Made by a program: the position numbers and the translations under genes. DNA of 54,731 bases from assembly GCA_002791275.1 (NCBI GenBank), contig PFWT01000025.1, positions 1 to 54,731 on the forward strand. Reading direction: 5' to 3'. Every line of letters begins with the position of its first letter. Position 1 is the first letter of the stretch. Positions 27,443-36,016 of the stretch are shown piece by piece. This DNA is from Candidatus Uhrbacteria bacterium CG_4_9_14_3_um_filter_41_35 (GTDB lineage Bacteria > Patescibacteriota > Patescibacteriia > UBA9934). The notes under the pieces are model-generated. The model did not search any database, had not been told where the DNA came from, and was given only the letters and a program-made list of their open reading frames with translations.

Positions 27443-28720
27443 TTACTTTATCGCAGGAAAATGCTTTAGTAAAGCTTCTTCGCTTTCGTAAGGACCAATT
27501 GCTGCTAGTGCAATTTTCTTAAAATTAAACACATCACCAGCAACACGCTGAATATCTGCCATTGTTACTTCCTGAAACTTTGCGATTCTTTCGTCAACTG
27601 TTCTCACTTCTCCTAAGAATAGTTCCTGCTGACCTACAAATTCTGCTTGCGCTGATGAATTTTCAAGTGCTAACTTAAGGCCACCGGCAATATTATCCTT
27701 TGCATATTCAAGCTCTTCGGCAGTTACTCCACCACTCACAACTTTTTCGAGCTCCTCGTAAATAGTTTTCGTTGCCTCGCTTAACCGTTTTTCATCGAGT
27801 CCAGCTCTTACCATAAACATTCCCACGTCTTCATAGGTCTCATAGCTGGCCCTAATTGTATAACACAGTCCACGACGTTCCCGTACCTCAATAAATAGTC
27901 TTGAACTCATCGCTCCACCTAAAATTTTGGCCAAAATTGATAAAGCTGGAACATCATCGTGCCGTTTTCCGGGCCCAGGGAAGCTTATGCCGATCTGAAC
28001 CTGTTCAACTTCTTTTGTCTGAAATTCAACCTTTGGTTTTTCCTGTTCTGGCATTTCACCAAACGGAATAAAACTAGCTGGTTTCGTTGCTTCTTTCACA
28101 GTTCCAAAAGTCTTTTCAAGTTGCTCCATTGCGTCCTCTGGCACCTTTCCGGCAATCACAATCACCGTTTCAGATGGTACATAATACCTATCTCGATACT
28201 CAATCAAGTCCTCGCGTTTCATATTCCTAATACTTTCCGGTGATCCAGCAATTTCCTTTCCAAGCCGGCTACCCTTAAACATCGCAATCTCGAGCAGATC
28301 TTCAAGATGCATTATTGGGTTTTCCTCGTACATCTTTATTTCTTCAATAATAACCCCCCGTTCTTTGTCGATTTCTTTAGGATCATAAAGCGAGTGGTAC
28401 ATCATGTCGTGCAACAAATCGATCGCAATATTAGTTTTTTCCGCATCAATTTTTACGTAATAACCAGTCAAATCCTTACCTGTATATGCGTTATAATTCG
28501 CTCCATACCTATCGAGCGTCTTTGAAATATCGATTGTGTTTGGTCGGCGCTCTGTACCTTTGAACATTAGGTGCTCGATGAAATGTGAGCCACCCAAAAC
28601 GTTATCCTCTTCGTATCTTGAACCGACTTTGGTGAGTACTAAAACTGTTGAGGCTTCTGTGCCTGAAAAAGGTACGAGGTGAACTCGCATTCCATTATTC
28701 AATTTCTTTGGTTTGATCAT
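27443..28720 (-). CDS. M16-family (pitrilysin-like) zinc peptidase
   Basis: Inverted zinc motif HFIEHLMFKG (HxxEH) near the N-terminus. The length is typical of M16B. Confidence 0.85.
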   Translation of the reverse strand: MIKPKKLNNGMRVHLVPFSGTEASTVLVLTKVGSRYEEDNVLGGSHFIEHLMFKGTERRPNTIDISKTLDRYGANYNAYTGKDLTGYYVKIDAEKTNIAIDLLHDMMYHSLYDPKEIDKERGVIIEEIKMYEENPIMHLEDLLEIAMFKGSRLGKEIAGSPESIRNMKREDLIEYRDRYYVPSETVIVIAGKVPEDAMEQLEKTFGTVKEATKPASFIPFGEMPEQEKPKVEFQTKEVEQVQIGISFPGPGKRHDDVPALSILAKILGGAMSSRLFIEVRERRGLCYTIRASYETYEDVGMFMVRAGLDEKRLSEATKTIYEELEKVVSGGVTAEELEYAKDNIAGGLKLALENSSAQAEFVGQQELFLGEVRTVDERIAKFQEVTMADIQRVAGDVFNFKKIALAAIGPYESEEALLKHFPAIK

Positions 28721-28768
28721 AATTTTACGTATATTTACAGATAACTACCCTTAACTTAAGTCATTTTC

Positions 28769-30073
28769 TTAAAGGTTCTTGTTGAAGAATACTTCAAGCT
28801 CGTCAATCTTGATTCGATCTTGCTTCATAGTATCGCGATCTCGCACGGTTACCGCACCATCTTCTAAGCTGTCAAAGTCAAAAGTAATACAGTAAGGTGT
28901 TCCGATTTCGTCTTGCCGCCGGTAGCGTTTTCCAATTGATTGAGTTTCGTCGTAATCAACATTCCACTTCTTCGCTAGCTTCTTAGCAAGCGCTTCAGCA
29001 GGAATACTGAGTTCGTCCTTCTTTGAAAGTGGCAAGACTGCAATTTTATACGGCGCAAACGCTTTTTCAAATTTCATCACCACTCGCACATCACCATCCA
29101 CCTCCTCCTCAGTGTACGCTGAGAGCAAGATAGCAAGCACTGTTCGATCAACTCCCATCGAAGGTTCAACCACGTGAGGAATGTATTTCTCTTGAGTTTG
29201 CGGATCAGTGTAAACCAAATCTTTCTGAGATGCTTCTGAGTGATTCTTCAAATCAAAGTCCCCTCTGTAAGCCAAACCGTAAAGCTCTTCCCTGCCAAAC
29301 GGAAAATCAAATTCAATATCAACCGTGCGTCTTGAGTAGTGAGCTAAATCAGCACCCAGAACCTCGAGTTCATGCACTCTATTCTTGTCGATCCCGCAGA
29401 AATCAATCCAGGCGTGTAGTTCTTTTAGCCACGCTTCAAAATGTGTTTGCCAGTCGTTTTCGTGAACAAAATACTCAATCTCCATTTGCTCAAACTCCCT
29501 AGTTCTAAAAATATAATTACCTGGTGTAATTTCATTTCTAAAAGCCTTCCCAATCTGTGCCACTCCAAACGGAATGCGTTTTCGAGAGGTTGTAAGAATG
29601 TTAGCAAAGTCAACAAAAATTGCCTGTGCAGTTTCTGGACGCAAATAAACCACATTTGACTGATCTTCCTTTGGACCCAAAAAGGTTTTAAACATTAAAT
29701 TGAAAGACGCTGGTTCGGTCAGCGTATCTTTTTTTCCACATTTTTGACATGGTTTTGTAAGGTCGATTTTGTCCGCTCTATACCGCTCATTACAATTTTT
29801 ACATTCAACTAACGGATCCGTAAAAGTATCGAGGTGACCCGAAGCCTGCCACACCTTTGGGTTCATAATTAAAGCAGCGTCGAGGCCAACCATATCCAGT
29901 CTTGCGTGCACAAACCGCTTCCACCACTGCGACTTCACGTTATTTTTAAGTTCAACTCCGAGCTGTCCGTAGTCCCATGAGTTTTGAAGTCCACCATAAA
30001 CCTCTGATCCAGGAAAAATAAAGCCTCTGGTTTTTGCCAACTGTATAATTTTTTCCATTGTAATTTCGGACAT
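28769..30073 (-). CDS. glyQS: glycine--tRNA ligase (homodimeric GlyQS type)
   Basis: The N-terminal RGFIFPGSEVYGG..NSWDYG pattern plus class II motifs and the anticodon-binding C-terminus pattern. Confidence 0.9.
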   Translation of the reverse strand: MSEITMEKIIQLAKTRGFIFPGSEVYGGLQNSWDYGQLGVELKNNVKSQWWKRFVHARLDMVGLDAALIMNPKVWQASGHLDTFTDPLVECKNCNERYRADKIDLTKPCQKCGKKDTLTEPASFNLMFKTFLGPKEDQSNVVYLRPETAQAIFVDFANILTTSRKRIPFGVAQIGKAFRNEITPGNYIFRTREFEQMEIEYFVHENDWQTHFEAWLKELHAWIDFCGIDKNRVHELEVLGADLAHYSRRTVDIEFDFPFGREELYGLAYRGDFDLKNHSEASQKDLVYTDPQTQEKYIPHVVEPSMGVDRTVLAILLSAYTEEEVDGDVRVVMKFEKAFAPYKIAVLPLSKKDELSIPAEALAKKLAKKWNVDYDETQSIGKRYRRQDEIGTPYCITFDFDSLEDGAVTVRDRDTMKQDRIKIDELEVFFNKNL

Positions 30074-30135
30074 AATATTCAGTACTGATTTTACCTTTAT
30101 TTTATTCTATTGTTTAAACTAAACTACAAACTATT

Positions 30136-30678
30136 TTAGATGGTGGTTACCTCCGTTTCTTTCTTTGCACCAATTTCTTCAACTCGACTTACATAGCTTC
30201 GAACTACATCTTCGAGATCTGCTTTATCAGCTTTTTTATCGTCCTCGCTAGCGTCCTCGTCTTTTTCAATTTTCTTTTTTATTTCTTCTCGAATCCGGCG
30301 GATTTGAATTTTTGCGTCTTCTAACTTTTCCTTTAAAGTTTTCACCATCCGCTGACGTGTTTCGTCGGTCATCATTGGCATAATTAACCGAATAGTTTTC
30401 CCATTGACGTTTGGATTAATGCCAATATCTGATTTTAGAATCGCGCTTTCGATCGCCTTAGCTCCAGCGTTATCCCAAGGATCAATCTGTACAGTTTTTG
30501 CATCTGGTGTTGAGATCGATGCCAAGGCTTTGAGTGGTTGTACAGCGCCATACATTTCCACATTCAAATTTTCCACCAAAGCTGGAGTTGCTCGACCAGT
30601 TCGAATAGCCCCAAGCTCTTTTGCGAGGTGTTCAATCGTTGCTTCAAATTGTGGTTTTGCATCGCTTAAAAATGACAT
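30136..30678 (-). CDS. frr: ribosome recycling factor
   Basis: 180 aa. LAKELGAIRTGRATPALVENL..V..YG and the charged helical C-terminus typical of RRF. Confidence 0.9.
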   Translation of the reverse strand: MSFLSDAKPQFEATIEHLAKELGAIRTGRATPALVENLNVEMYGAVQPLKALASISTPDAKTVQIDPWDNAGAKAIESAILKSDIGINPNVNGKTIRLIMPMMTDETRQRMVKTLKEKLEDAKIQIRRIREEIKKKIEKDEDASEDDKKADKADLEDVVRSYVSRVEEIGAKKETEVTTI

Positions 30679-30901
30679 ACGTTATTTTAGGTTGTGGGCG
30701 TAAGGAGATAGGCTTTAGGTTTTTAATCTTGCACCCAGCTATTCACCCTTTTAATTATGGGGTTTTAGCGTTAGATTAGAACCCAAGGTCTAGTGCCTAA
30801 AGCCAGTACCCAACACTTAATTAATTTTATTTATTACTAAAGAAGATTACGATAAATGAGAAAAGGCGTCAATATAGAACTGACGCCTTTTTCTATAAAT
30901 T

Positions 30902-31966
30902 TTACTTCTTTTCAAGACTTGCAAAGCCCACAAAAACTCTTTCAGTGCCGTCTGGATGAACCTTCATAACTTTCGGTGCCCGACTTGATGGTAAATCAGC
31001 TGTCATCCAACTACCCTCTGGCGTTGACTGGTAGTAAGTTCCTACGATTCCGTAGTACAAAATACTGTCATCCTTTGGATTTACTGCAATACTCCAGATT
31101 CTTTCATCGGCTGGTGGTGGAATAATTGAGATTTCTTTCCAGGTGGCTCCGTTGTCGTTACTTTCGATAAGTCCAAATCGACTATTCATCACTAATCGAC
31201 CACCTGATCTTGACTGAGCAAAACCGTAAACTTCACTTGACCGGTTAAAATCGCGTCGCATATTTTTCTCAAGGCTTTCCCATGTTGCTCCACTGTCTAC
31301 GCTTCTGTATACTCCAGAAGTTTTAGTTCCTACTAATATGATTCGACTATCCGCATTGCTAAGGATAATATCGGTAACATCATCCTTTGTTCGTTCAACT
31401 GTGCTCCAGCTTCGGCCTCCGTCAATGCTTTTTAGAACCTCACCGGCAGTTGTTCCGGCCCAAAGGGTATCTGGATTAAACCAATCAAGCACGAGCGCTG
31501 TGAGCATTTCTATCACTCGACCTTCCGAGTACACAGTTTCAAAAGTTCGACTGCAGTTTGTAGATTTCAAAAGTCGGTCAGGCTTTAAAGCATAAATAGT
31601 ACAAACGTCACGAGGGTCAACTTCAATATCGGTGATCGCACCTGTTCTAGCCTGTTCATCTTCCGGACGTTGCCAAGTAGTACCGTGATCAAGGGTAAAA
31701 AACATTCCGTTGCCGTCTGACCCGATGTAATAGGCCGAGCTGTCGGTTGGGTCAATTTCTATTGAGTTTACACTCACGCCAGCGATTGTATTCACTCCGC
31801 TTGCTTGCGGAAGAGTTGCCATCTGAGTCCAGCTAGAACCTTGGTTCTCTGTTCTCCATAAAGCTCCGTCTGCAGTGTTTGAGCCTGTTTTTGTTGTATT
31901 TAGGCACCCTTGACCTGTCAAAAGTAGTAGAAGACCTACAAGTCCGATCTTTTGAATATTTTTCAT
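30902..31966 (-). CDS. BNR/Asp-box repeat beta-propeller lipoprotein
   Basis: Lipobox LLLTGQGC. Repeated S-x-D-x-G-x-(T/S)-W boxes (TENQGSSWT, LDHGTTWQ, SIDGGRSWS, SVDSGATWE, SNDNGATWK). Confidence 0.75.
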   Translation of the reverse strand: MKNIQKIGLVGLLLLLTGQGCLNTTKTGSNTADGALWRTENQGSSWTQMATLPQASGVNTIAGVSVNSIEIDPTDSSAYYIGSDGNGMFFTLDHGTTWQRPEDEQARTGAITDIEVDPRDVCTIYALKPDRLLKSTNCSRTFETVYSEGRVIEMLTALVLDWFNPDTLWAGTTAGEVLKSIDGGRSWSTVERTKDDVTDIILSNADSRIILVGTKTSGVYRSVDSGATWESLEKNMRRDFNRSSEVYGFAQSRSGGRLVMNSRFGLIESNDNGATWKEISIIPPPADERIWSIAVNPKDDSILYYGIVGTYYQSTPEGSWMTADLPSSRAPKVMKVHPDGTERVFVGFASLEKK

Positions 31967-31983
31967 ATCTGTTCCGATTATTA

Positions 31984-32940
31984 TTAGAAGGCCAGAACAA
32001 AATGTTCAAGTGCCAAAGTTACATTTCCATTATACCTCAATGATAGCTCAGTTTCACCTATTGCCTCAAGGACTTTTGCCCAGTCCCTTGCTGCGCTTAT
32101 GTGTACAAGTTCCCCAATCCTTGCCGGTCGGTTTGAATAGCTCAGTAAATGTTCGCAATTCTGGCTAAATAGTAAGCAATCGTGAGCAATCGATCGCCAG
32201 ATCGCTAATTGTTCCTGAAGTTCTGTTTTTGACAAATCTTTAGCGATTTTTTCCGCAGTCTCTAGCCTGGTAGCGAGTGGAGCTTTTAAAAAATTGAATG
32301 CTTCTTCCAGAGCGTCACTGTAAGCCTCCCGTTTTTCTTTGTCTAACAACTCTTTTGCGATCCCTGGCCTGCCCGCGGAAATCCCCGCCAGCTCGTGCGC
32401 TGTCTCTTTAATAAGAGTCGTTTCAAGTTCCTTGCAAATTGTGTCCCGTGCTACCAACCCAAACCTTAGGTGCACCACTCTCGATAAAATTGTTTGCAAA
32501 AGTGCTTCCGGCCTGTTTGCTACCAAAATTATTAATGTCTTTCCGCTCGGTTCTTCGAGCGTTTTGAGTAAGGCATTTTGTGCCTGTGTGTTCATAAGTT
32601 CGGCGTTTTCAATAATCGCTACCTTGGTCCCGCCAGAAAAAGATGATAACGCCAGGCGCTGAGTGAGCAAGCGAATTTCTTCTACTCCGATATAATTTTT
32701 ATACTCTTTCTTCTTTTTATCAAAAGCTTTTTCGGCAAAAATAACTTCCGGGTGCGATCGTAATTTTTGAACATCTATTTTTAGTAGATTTGCCACAAAC
32801 CGCAGAGCAACCAATGTTTTTCCTAAGTGTTCATCCCCGGAAAAGCAATAACCATGCGCTAATTTATCCGCTTCTAGAACCCCTATTAAATATTCCTTCT
32901 GCACCTCGTGCCCAATAATCCCCGTAAAACCCTGATTCAT
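31984..32940 (-). CDS. holB: DNA polymerase III delta-prime subunit
   Basis: AHGYCFSGDEHLGK (degenerate P-loop), NALLKTLEEP and ILSR motifs. Confidence 0.8.
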   Translation of the reverse strand: MNQGFTGIIGHEVQKEYLIGVLEADKLAHGYCFSGDEHLGKTLVALRFVANLLKIDVQKLRSHPEVIFAEKAFDKKKKEYKNYIGVEEIRLLTQRLALSSFSGGTKVAIIENAELMNTQAQNALLKTLEEPSGKTLIILVANRPEALLQTILSRVVHLRFGLVARDTICKELETTLIKETAHELAGISAGRPGIAKELLDKEKREAYSDALEEAFNFLKAPLATRLETAEKIAKDLSKTELQEQLAIWRSIAHDCLLFSQNCEHLLSYSNRPARIGELVHISAARDWAKVLEAIGETELSLRYNGNVTLALEHFVLAF

Positions 32941-33097
32941 ATAGCCCGATTATAGCACAGAAGCAACGTTCAACAAAGCTTTTTTACTGGTTATTTAGTA
33001 GCAATTTATGTCTAGGTCTCAGTACAAAATTGCCGAAAAAATGCCAAAAATTACCTAACATTGGTAATTTTATATGTTGAATATTGCATAGCTCAAC

Positions 33098-33126
33098 TTG
33101 ACAAAGCTTTGAAAATATGATATATT
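33098..33126 (+). promoter_or_regulatory. near-consensus sigma-70 promoter of the orphan small-ORF unit
   Basis: TTGACA (33098-33103), 17-nt spacer, TATATT (33121-33126) with TGa just upstream. Confidence 0.6.
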
Positions 33127-33183
33127 ACTTGGTCGTTTAATGATGACTAAAACTGCTCTTAAAAAAGAGCTGGAGGTGAAAAC

Positions 33184-33291
33184 ATGAATATCAAAAAGCC
33201 GTTTTTTAATATTCAAAAACTCACAAAGTTCCTGACCGTCCACCACAGGGCGAATGGACATTCAATTATTTACACCAATCTGGAGGAATGA
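33184..33291 (+). CDS. putative 35-aa peptide (MNIKKPFFNIQKLTKFLTVHHRANGHSIIYTNLEE)
   Basis: GGAGG (33172-33176) lies 7 nt before the ATG. Hand translated. There is no homology evidence. Confidence 0.3.
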   Translation: MNIKKPFFNIQKLTKFLTVHHRANGHSIIYTNLEE

Positions 33292-33296
33292 GTTTT

Positions 33297-33395
33297 ATGT
33301 CTTTGACAATCTCGGAGGAGAGAGTTGGGACTCATGATATTCAAGTGCCTGGACTCGGCCTCGCTGACTCCATGCACACACCCGAATATCTCTGA
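33297..33395 (+). CDS. putative 32-aa peptide (MSLTISEERVGTHDIQVPGLGLADSMHTPEYL)
   Basis: GGAGG (33282-33286) lies 10 nt before the ATG. The SD sits inside a 14-bp long-range inverted repeat. There is no homology evidence. Confidence 0.3.
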   Translation: MSLTISEERVGTHDIQVPGLGLADSMHTPEYL

Positions 33396-33486
33396 AACAT
33401 ATCACTGCTTGCAGTGATCACTGGATCGCGTTGGGCTAAGCTTGACAGCTCGACCTCCAGATTGGTGAGAGTAATTATTATAGTTT

Positions 33487-33522
33487 AAAAAAACCGCCGG
33501 TATTATTACTTGGCGGTTTTTT
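33487..33522 (+). terminator. intrinsic terminator of the small-ORF unit
   Basis: A-run, stem AAACCGCC..GGCGGTTT, then T-run. Confidence 0.7.
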
Positions 33523-34135
33523 GTTATTACTGTTTTACCAAAGCGAACGACAATGTGGGTCGAAGGATCTCCTTCGCCCTGTGCTGAACCGACATTTGCT
33601 TGGTGATTCGGTAATGAGATTCTTCGGTGTGATTCACGTTCACCTCTGAATGACGGTTTGGTTAGATTCTTCGTCGTGGTTCACGCAGGCTCTGGCACCG
33701 CTCTCATCATAACGCCACATGACGCCTCGATCGGCTTCAAGTGGTAAATCAACAAGCAAGCAAACAGACACTCTGTTTTGCAACCTTAGACCCAGCTGGG
33801 GTCTTTTTTTATACACACCCTTTTCGGGCGAATAAGACATTATCCAAAACTACACCCTCTCTAACAACCTGGACCTATATTTACGGTGTACTGCAACATT
33901 TAGATTCTTTGCCATGGCTTACATCAGGCTCAGAATGACGGTTTAGTTAGATTCTTCGACGTGATTCACGCCAAGGTCTGAATGACGAAGCGATAAGATT
34001 CTTCGACGTAATTCACATCAATCTCAGAATGACGGTTTGGTTTATTTGGTGTAATTGTATTATTTTGACCCGCACCCATACCGTCATCCTGAAGCGAGCG
34101 CCAGGTTACGCTGAAGGATCTCCTGCGTTCTTTAT
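33522..34135 (+). repeat. composite intergenic repeat, copy B (about 2.3 tandem units, interrupted)
   Basis: 47-bp subunits start at 33617, 33664, 33902, 33949 and 33996. 34032-34058 is identical (27/27) to 54614-54640. 34051-34127 repeats the start of the copy C unit. Confidence 0.85.
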
Positions 34136-34139
34136 TGTA

Positions 34140-34895
34140 TCAAAACCCACTCAACCTCTTCACCTCTTGCCACGCTAACTCAAGTGTTGCTCGTGCGGTG
34201 TCTGCGATTGCTTTTGAGGTTATTTCAATAGCTATTATATTTTCCGCGTACGAAAATAAAACTAGTCTGTCACCAGCTACTGTCATTTCACCCGGGGTTA
34301 TAAACAAACTTGGTGAGATCTGAAGTATTTCAATATTTGATAAATTACCCGTCGTAACCTCTCTGTCGGTTACTAAAATCGAACGAACGTGCGTTTTAGT
34401 TTTTATAGATTCTTTACGATTTGATTTTTCACTGTCGCCAAGCAGTTTTAAAAAATTATCGTAGCCCACAATTTGTAAAATATCATCCCCTCTTTCTTCA
34501 AACTCACGGCGCATTAATTGCAGTCCATCAAGGGTTTCAATATACCTGATTTTTGGGGCCGAACTACCTGTTGACTTAATTGCTTGTAAACTAAGTTTTA
34601 AATCATCCGCAAGTTCAATTTTTTCTTTTAAAACATCGGCCTGAATTTTTAGAGCTGTCACCAACCTTTCTGGAGGCTCAGCTGTATAGTATCGCTCCTC
34701 ACCTTTTTGTATAAAAATAACTAAACCTTTTTGCTTTAAGGTTTCCAGCACATTATAAACTGTTGCTCGATTAATATTAGATTTTCGAGCAATTACAGTA
34801 ACGTTTGCTTTTCCGAGCTGTAAAAGCGCTAGGTAAACTGCCGATTCTTTTTCGGAAAACCCAAGCTGTTCTAATCTACTTATTAAACTCTTCAT
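34140..34895 (-). CDS. TrmB-family transcriptional regulator
   Basis: N-terminal LGFSEKESAVYLALLQLGKANVTVIARKSNINRATVYNVLETLKQKGLV winged-helix motif. Confidence 0.8.
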   Translation of the reverse strand: MKSLISRLEQLGFSEKESAVYLALLQLGKANVTVIARKSNINRATVYNVLETLKQKGLVIFIQKGEERYYTAEPPERLVTALKIQADVLKEKIELADDLKLSLQAIKSTGSSAPKIRYIETLDGLQLMRREFEERGDDILQIVGYDNFLKLLGDSEKSNRKESIKTKTHVRSILVTDREVTTGNLSNIEILQISPSLFITPGEMTVAGDRLVLFSYAENIIAIEITSKAIADTARATLELAWQEVKRLSGF

Positions 34896-36012
34896 AGGCC
34901 AAAATGCGTCTTAATATCTCAAAAGTCAGTCTAGCAGTTTCCTCCCATGAAAAATCGTGAACTCGCGCCGAACCCCTTAAAACCAACTCACCCCTTAATT
35001 TATCGTCGTCAGAAATTAACCTCATGTTCTCCGCCCAAGCATCAATATCTCCAGGATCCGCAAATAGACCAGCGTCTTCCACAACTTCGTGAAGAGCGGG
35101 AATACTAGAAGCGAGCAGTGGCGTTCCGGAAGCCATTGTTTCAAGTGCTGGCAAACCAAAGCCCTCACACCAACTTGGCAAAACATAAGCTAGCGCCCCC
35201 GCCATTAGAGCTGGAACATCCGCGTCTCTAACATATCCTAATAGTTTTATACGGTTTTTAAACTTTGAACTGTTAATTGCCCTTTTTATATCCTCTGCCC
35301 CAAAACCATATTTACCACCCAGCACCAAATCAGCTTTTCCATTTTCTGCATACTTTGAAAAAGCCCTAATTAAATTAGCGATATTTTTCTTTGCCTCAAG
35401 TCGCCCTAAATAAAAGAAATATTCTCCCTGATTCAGTTCGTAGTGAAACAAAGTTTCAGTTAAGCCGTCCGCGTGTGCCATAAAACGTGACAGATCTGCA
35501 GAGAGCGGCACCACATCAATCTTGGTTTCCGCAACTTTATATATTTTTAGCAGATCATTTTTTGTGGCATTAGAAACAGCAATCAGTTGATCTGAAGATT
35601 TTATTTGTCTTGCAATCGCCTTTTCCTGCCTTATCTTTTCTTCCTCTGAGTAAACCTCGGGTTTTAGATGAAAGGCAACGTCGTGTACTGTAGCCACAAT
35701 TTTTGTTTTGTTTGAAAAAAACGGCACCTCGTGAGCAGGTGAAAAAAATACATCCGGCGACCTAGTTAAAAGCTCAAAGCTAAGCCGAGCTTTTGTCCAG
35801 CCTTTTTTAAATGGCCAGTTTAATATCCGCCACTCAAAACCTGTCGGTAACTCCGCAAACTCTGGAACGACTGCACTTGAATAAAGAAGCACCCGCTCCC
35901 CCTCCTGAAGGGGTAGTTTTATTAAATTACTAATCAAATAAAACAGGTACCATTCAGTCCCTGTTCGATTCGTTCTTGTGAGCGGATTAACATCAATCCC
36001 GTAAGTCGTCAT
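34876..36012 (-). CDS. glycosyltransferase family 1 (GT4-like)
   Basis: C-terminal PSWCEGFGLPALETMASGTPLLAS (E-x7-E region). The start is set at Met 36012, just after the mreB stop. Confidence 0.8.
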   Translation of the reverse strand: MTTYGIDVNPLTRTNRTGTEWYLFYLISNLIKLPLQEGERVLLYSSAVVPEFAELPTGFEWRILNWPFKKGWTKARLSFELLTRSPDVFFSPAHEVPFFSNKTKIVATVHDVAFHLKPEVYSEEEKIRQEKAIARQIKSSDQLIAVSNATKNDLLKIYKVAETKIDVVPLSADLSRFMAHADGLTETLFHYELNQGEYFFYLGRLEAKKNIANLIRAFSKYAENGKADLVLGGKYGFGAEDIKRAINSSKFKNRIKLLGYVRDADVPALMAGALAYVLPSWCEGFGLPALETMASGTPLLASSIPALHEVVEDAGLFADPGDIDAWAENMRLISDDDKLRGELVLRGSARVHDFSWEETARLTFEILRRILAYEEFNK

Positions 36013-36016
36013 ACTA

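Noticed and set aside
30679-33097. RNase P RNA, tmRNA, SRP RNA or 6S RNA in the longer intergenic regions (also 1-455, 33098-33522 and 40605-41036).
   Set aside because: I did not see the GAGGAAAGTCC-type RNase P core. I saw no tRNA-like GGTTCGA..CCACCA end outside the tRNAs and no SRP GGAA-AGCAGC motif. 6S RNA cannot be excluded without covariance models.
33640-33938. ORFs 33640..33840(-) and 33741..33938(+) inside repeat copy B.
   Set aside because: They are built from repeat subunits and span a terminator. The equivalent positions in copies A and C are interrupted by stops.
33617-34040. A CRISPR array interpretation of the regularly spaced 47-bp repeats.
   Set aside because: There are no unique spacers between the repeats. 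The whole 47-bp unit is itself repeated and degenerate, the array is part of a larger 225-bp unit found at three loci, and no cas-like gene is present in the window.
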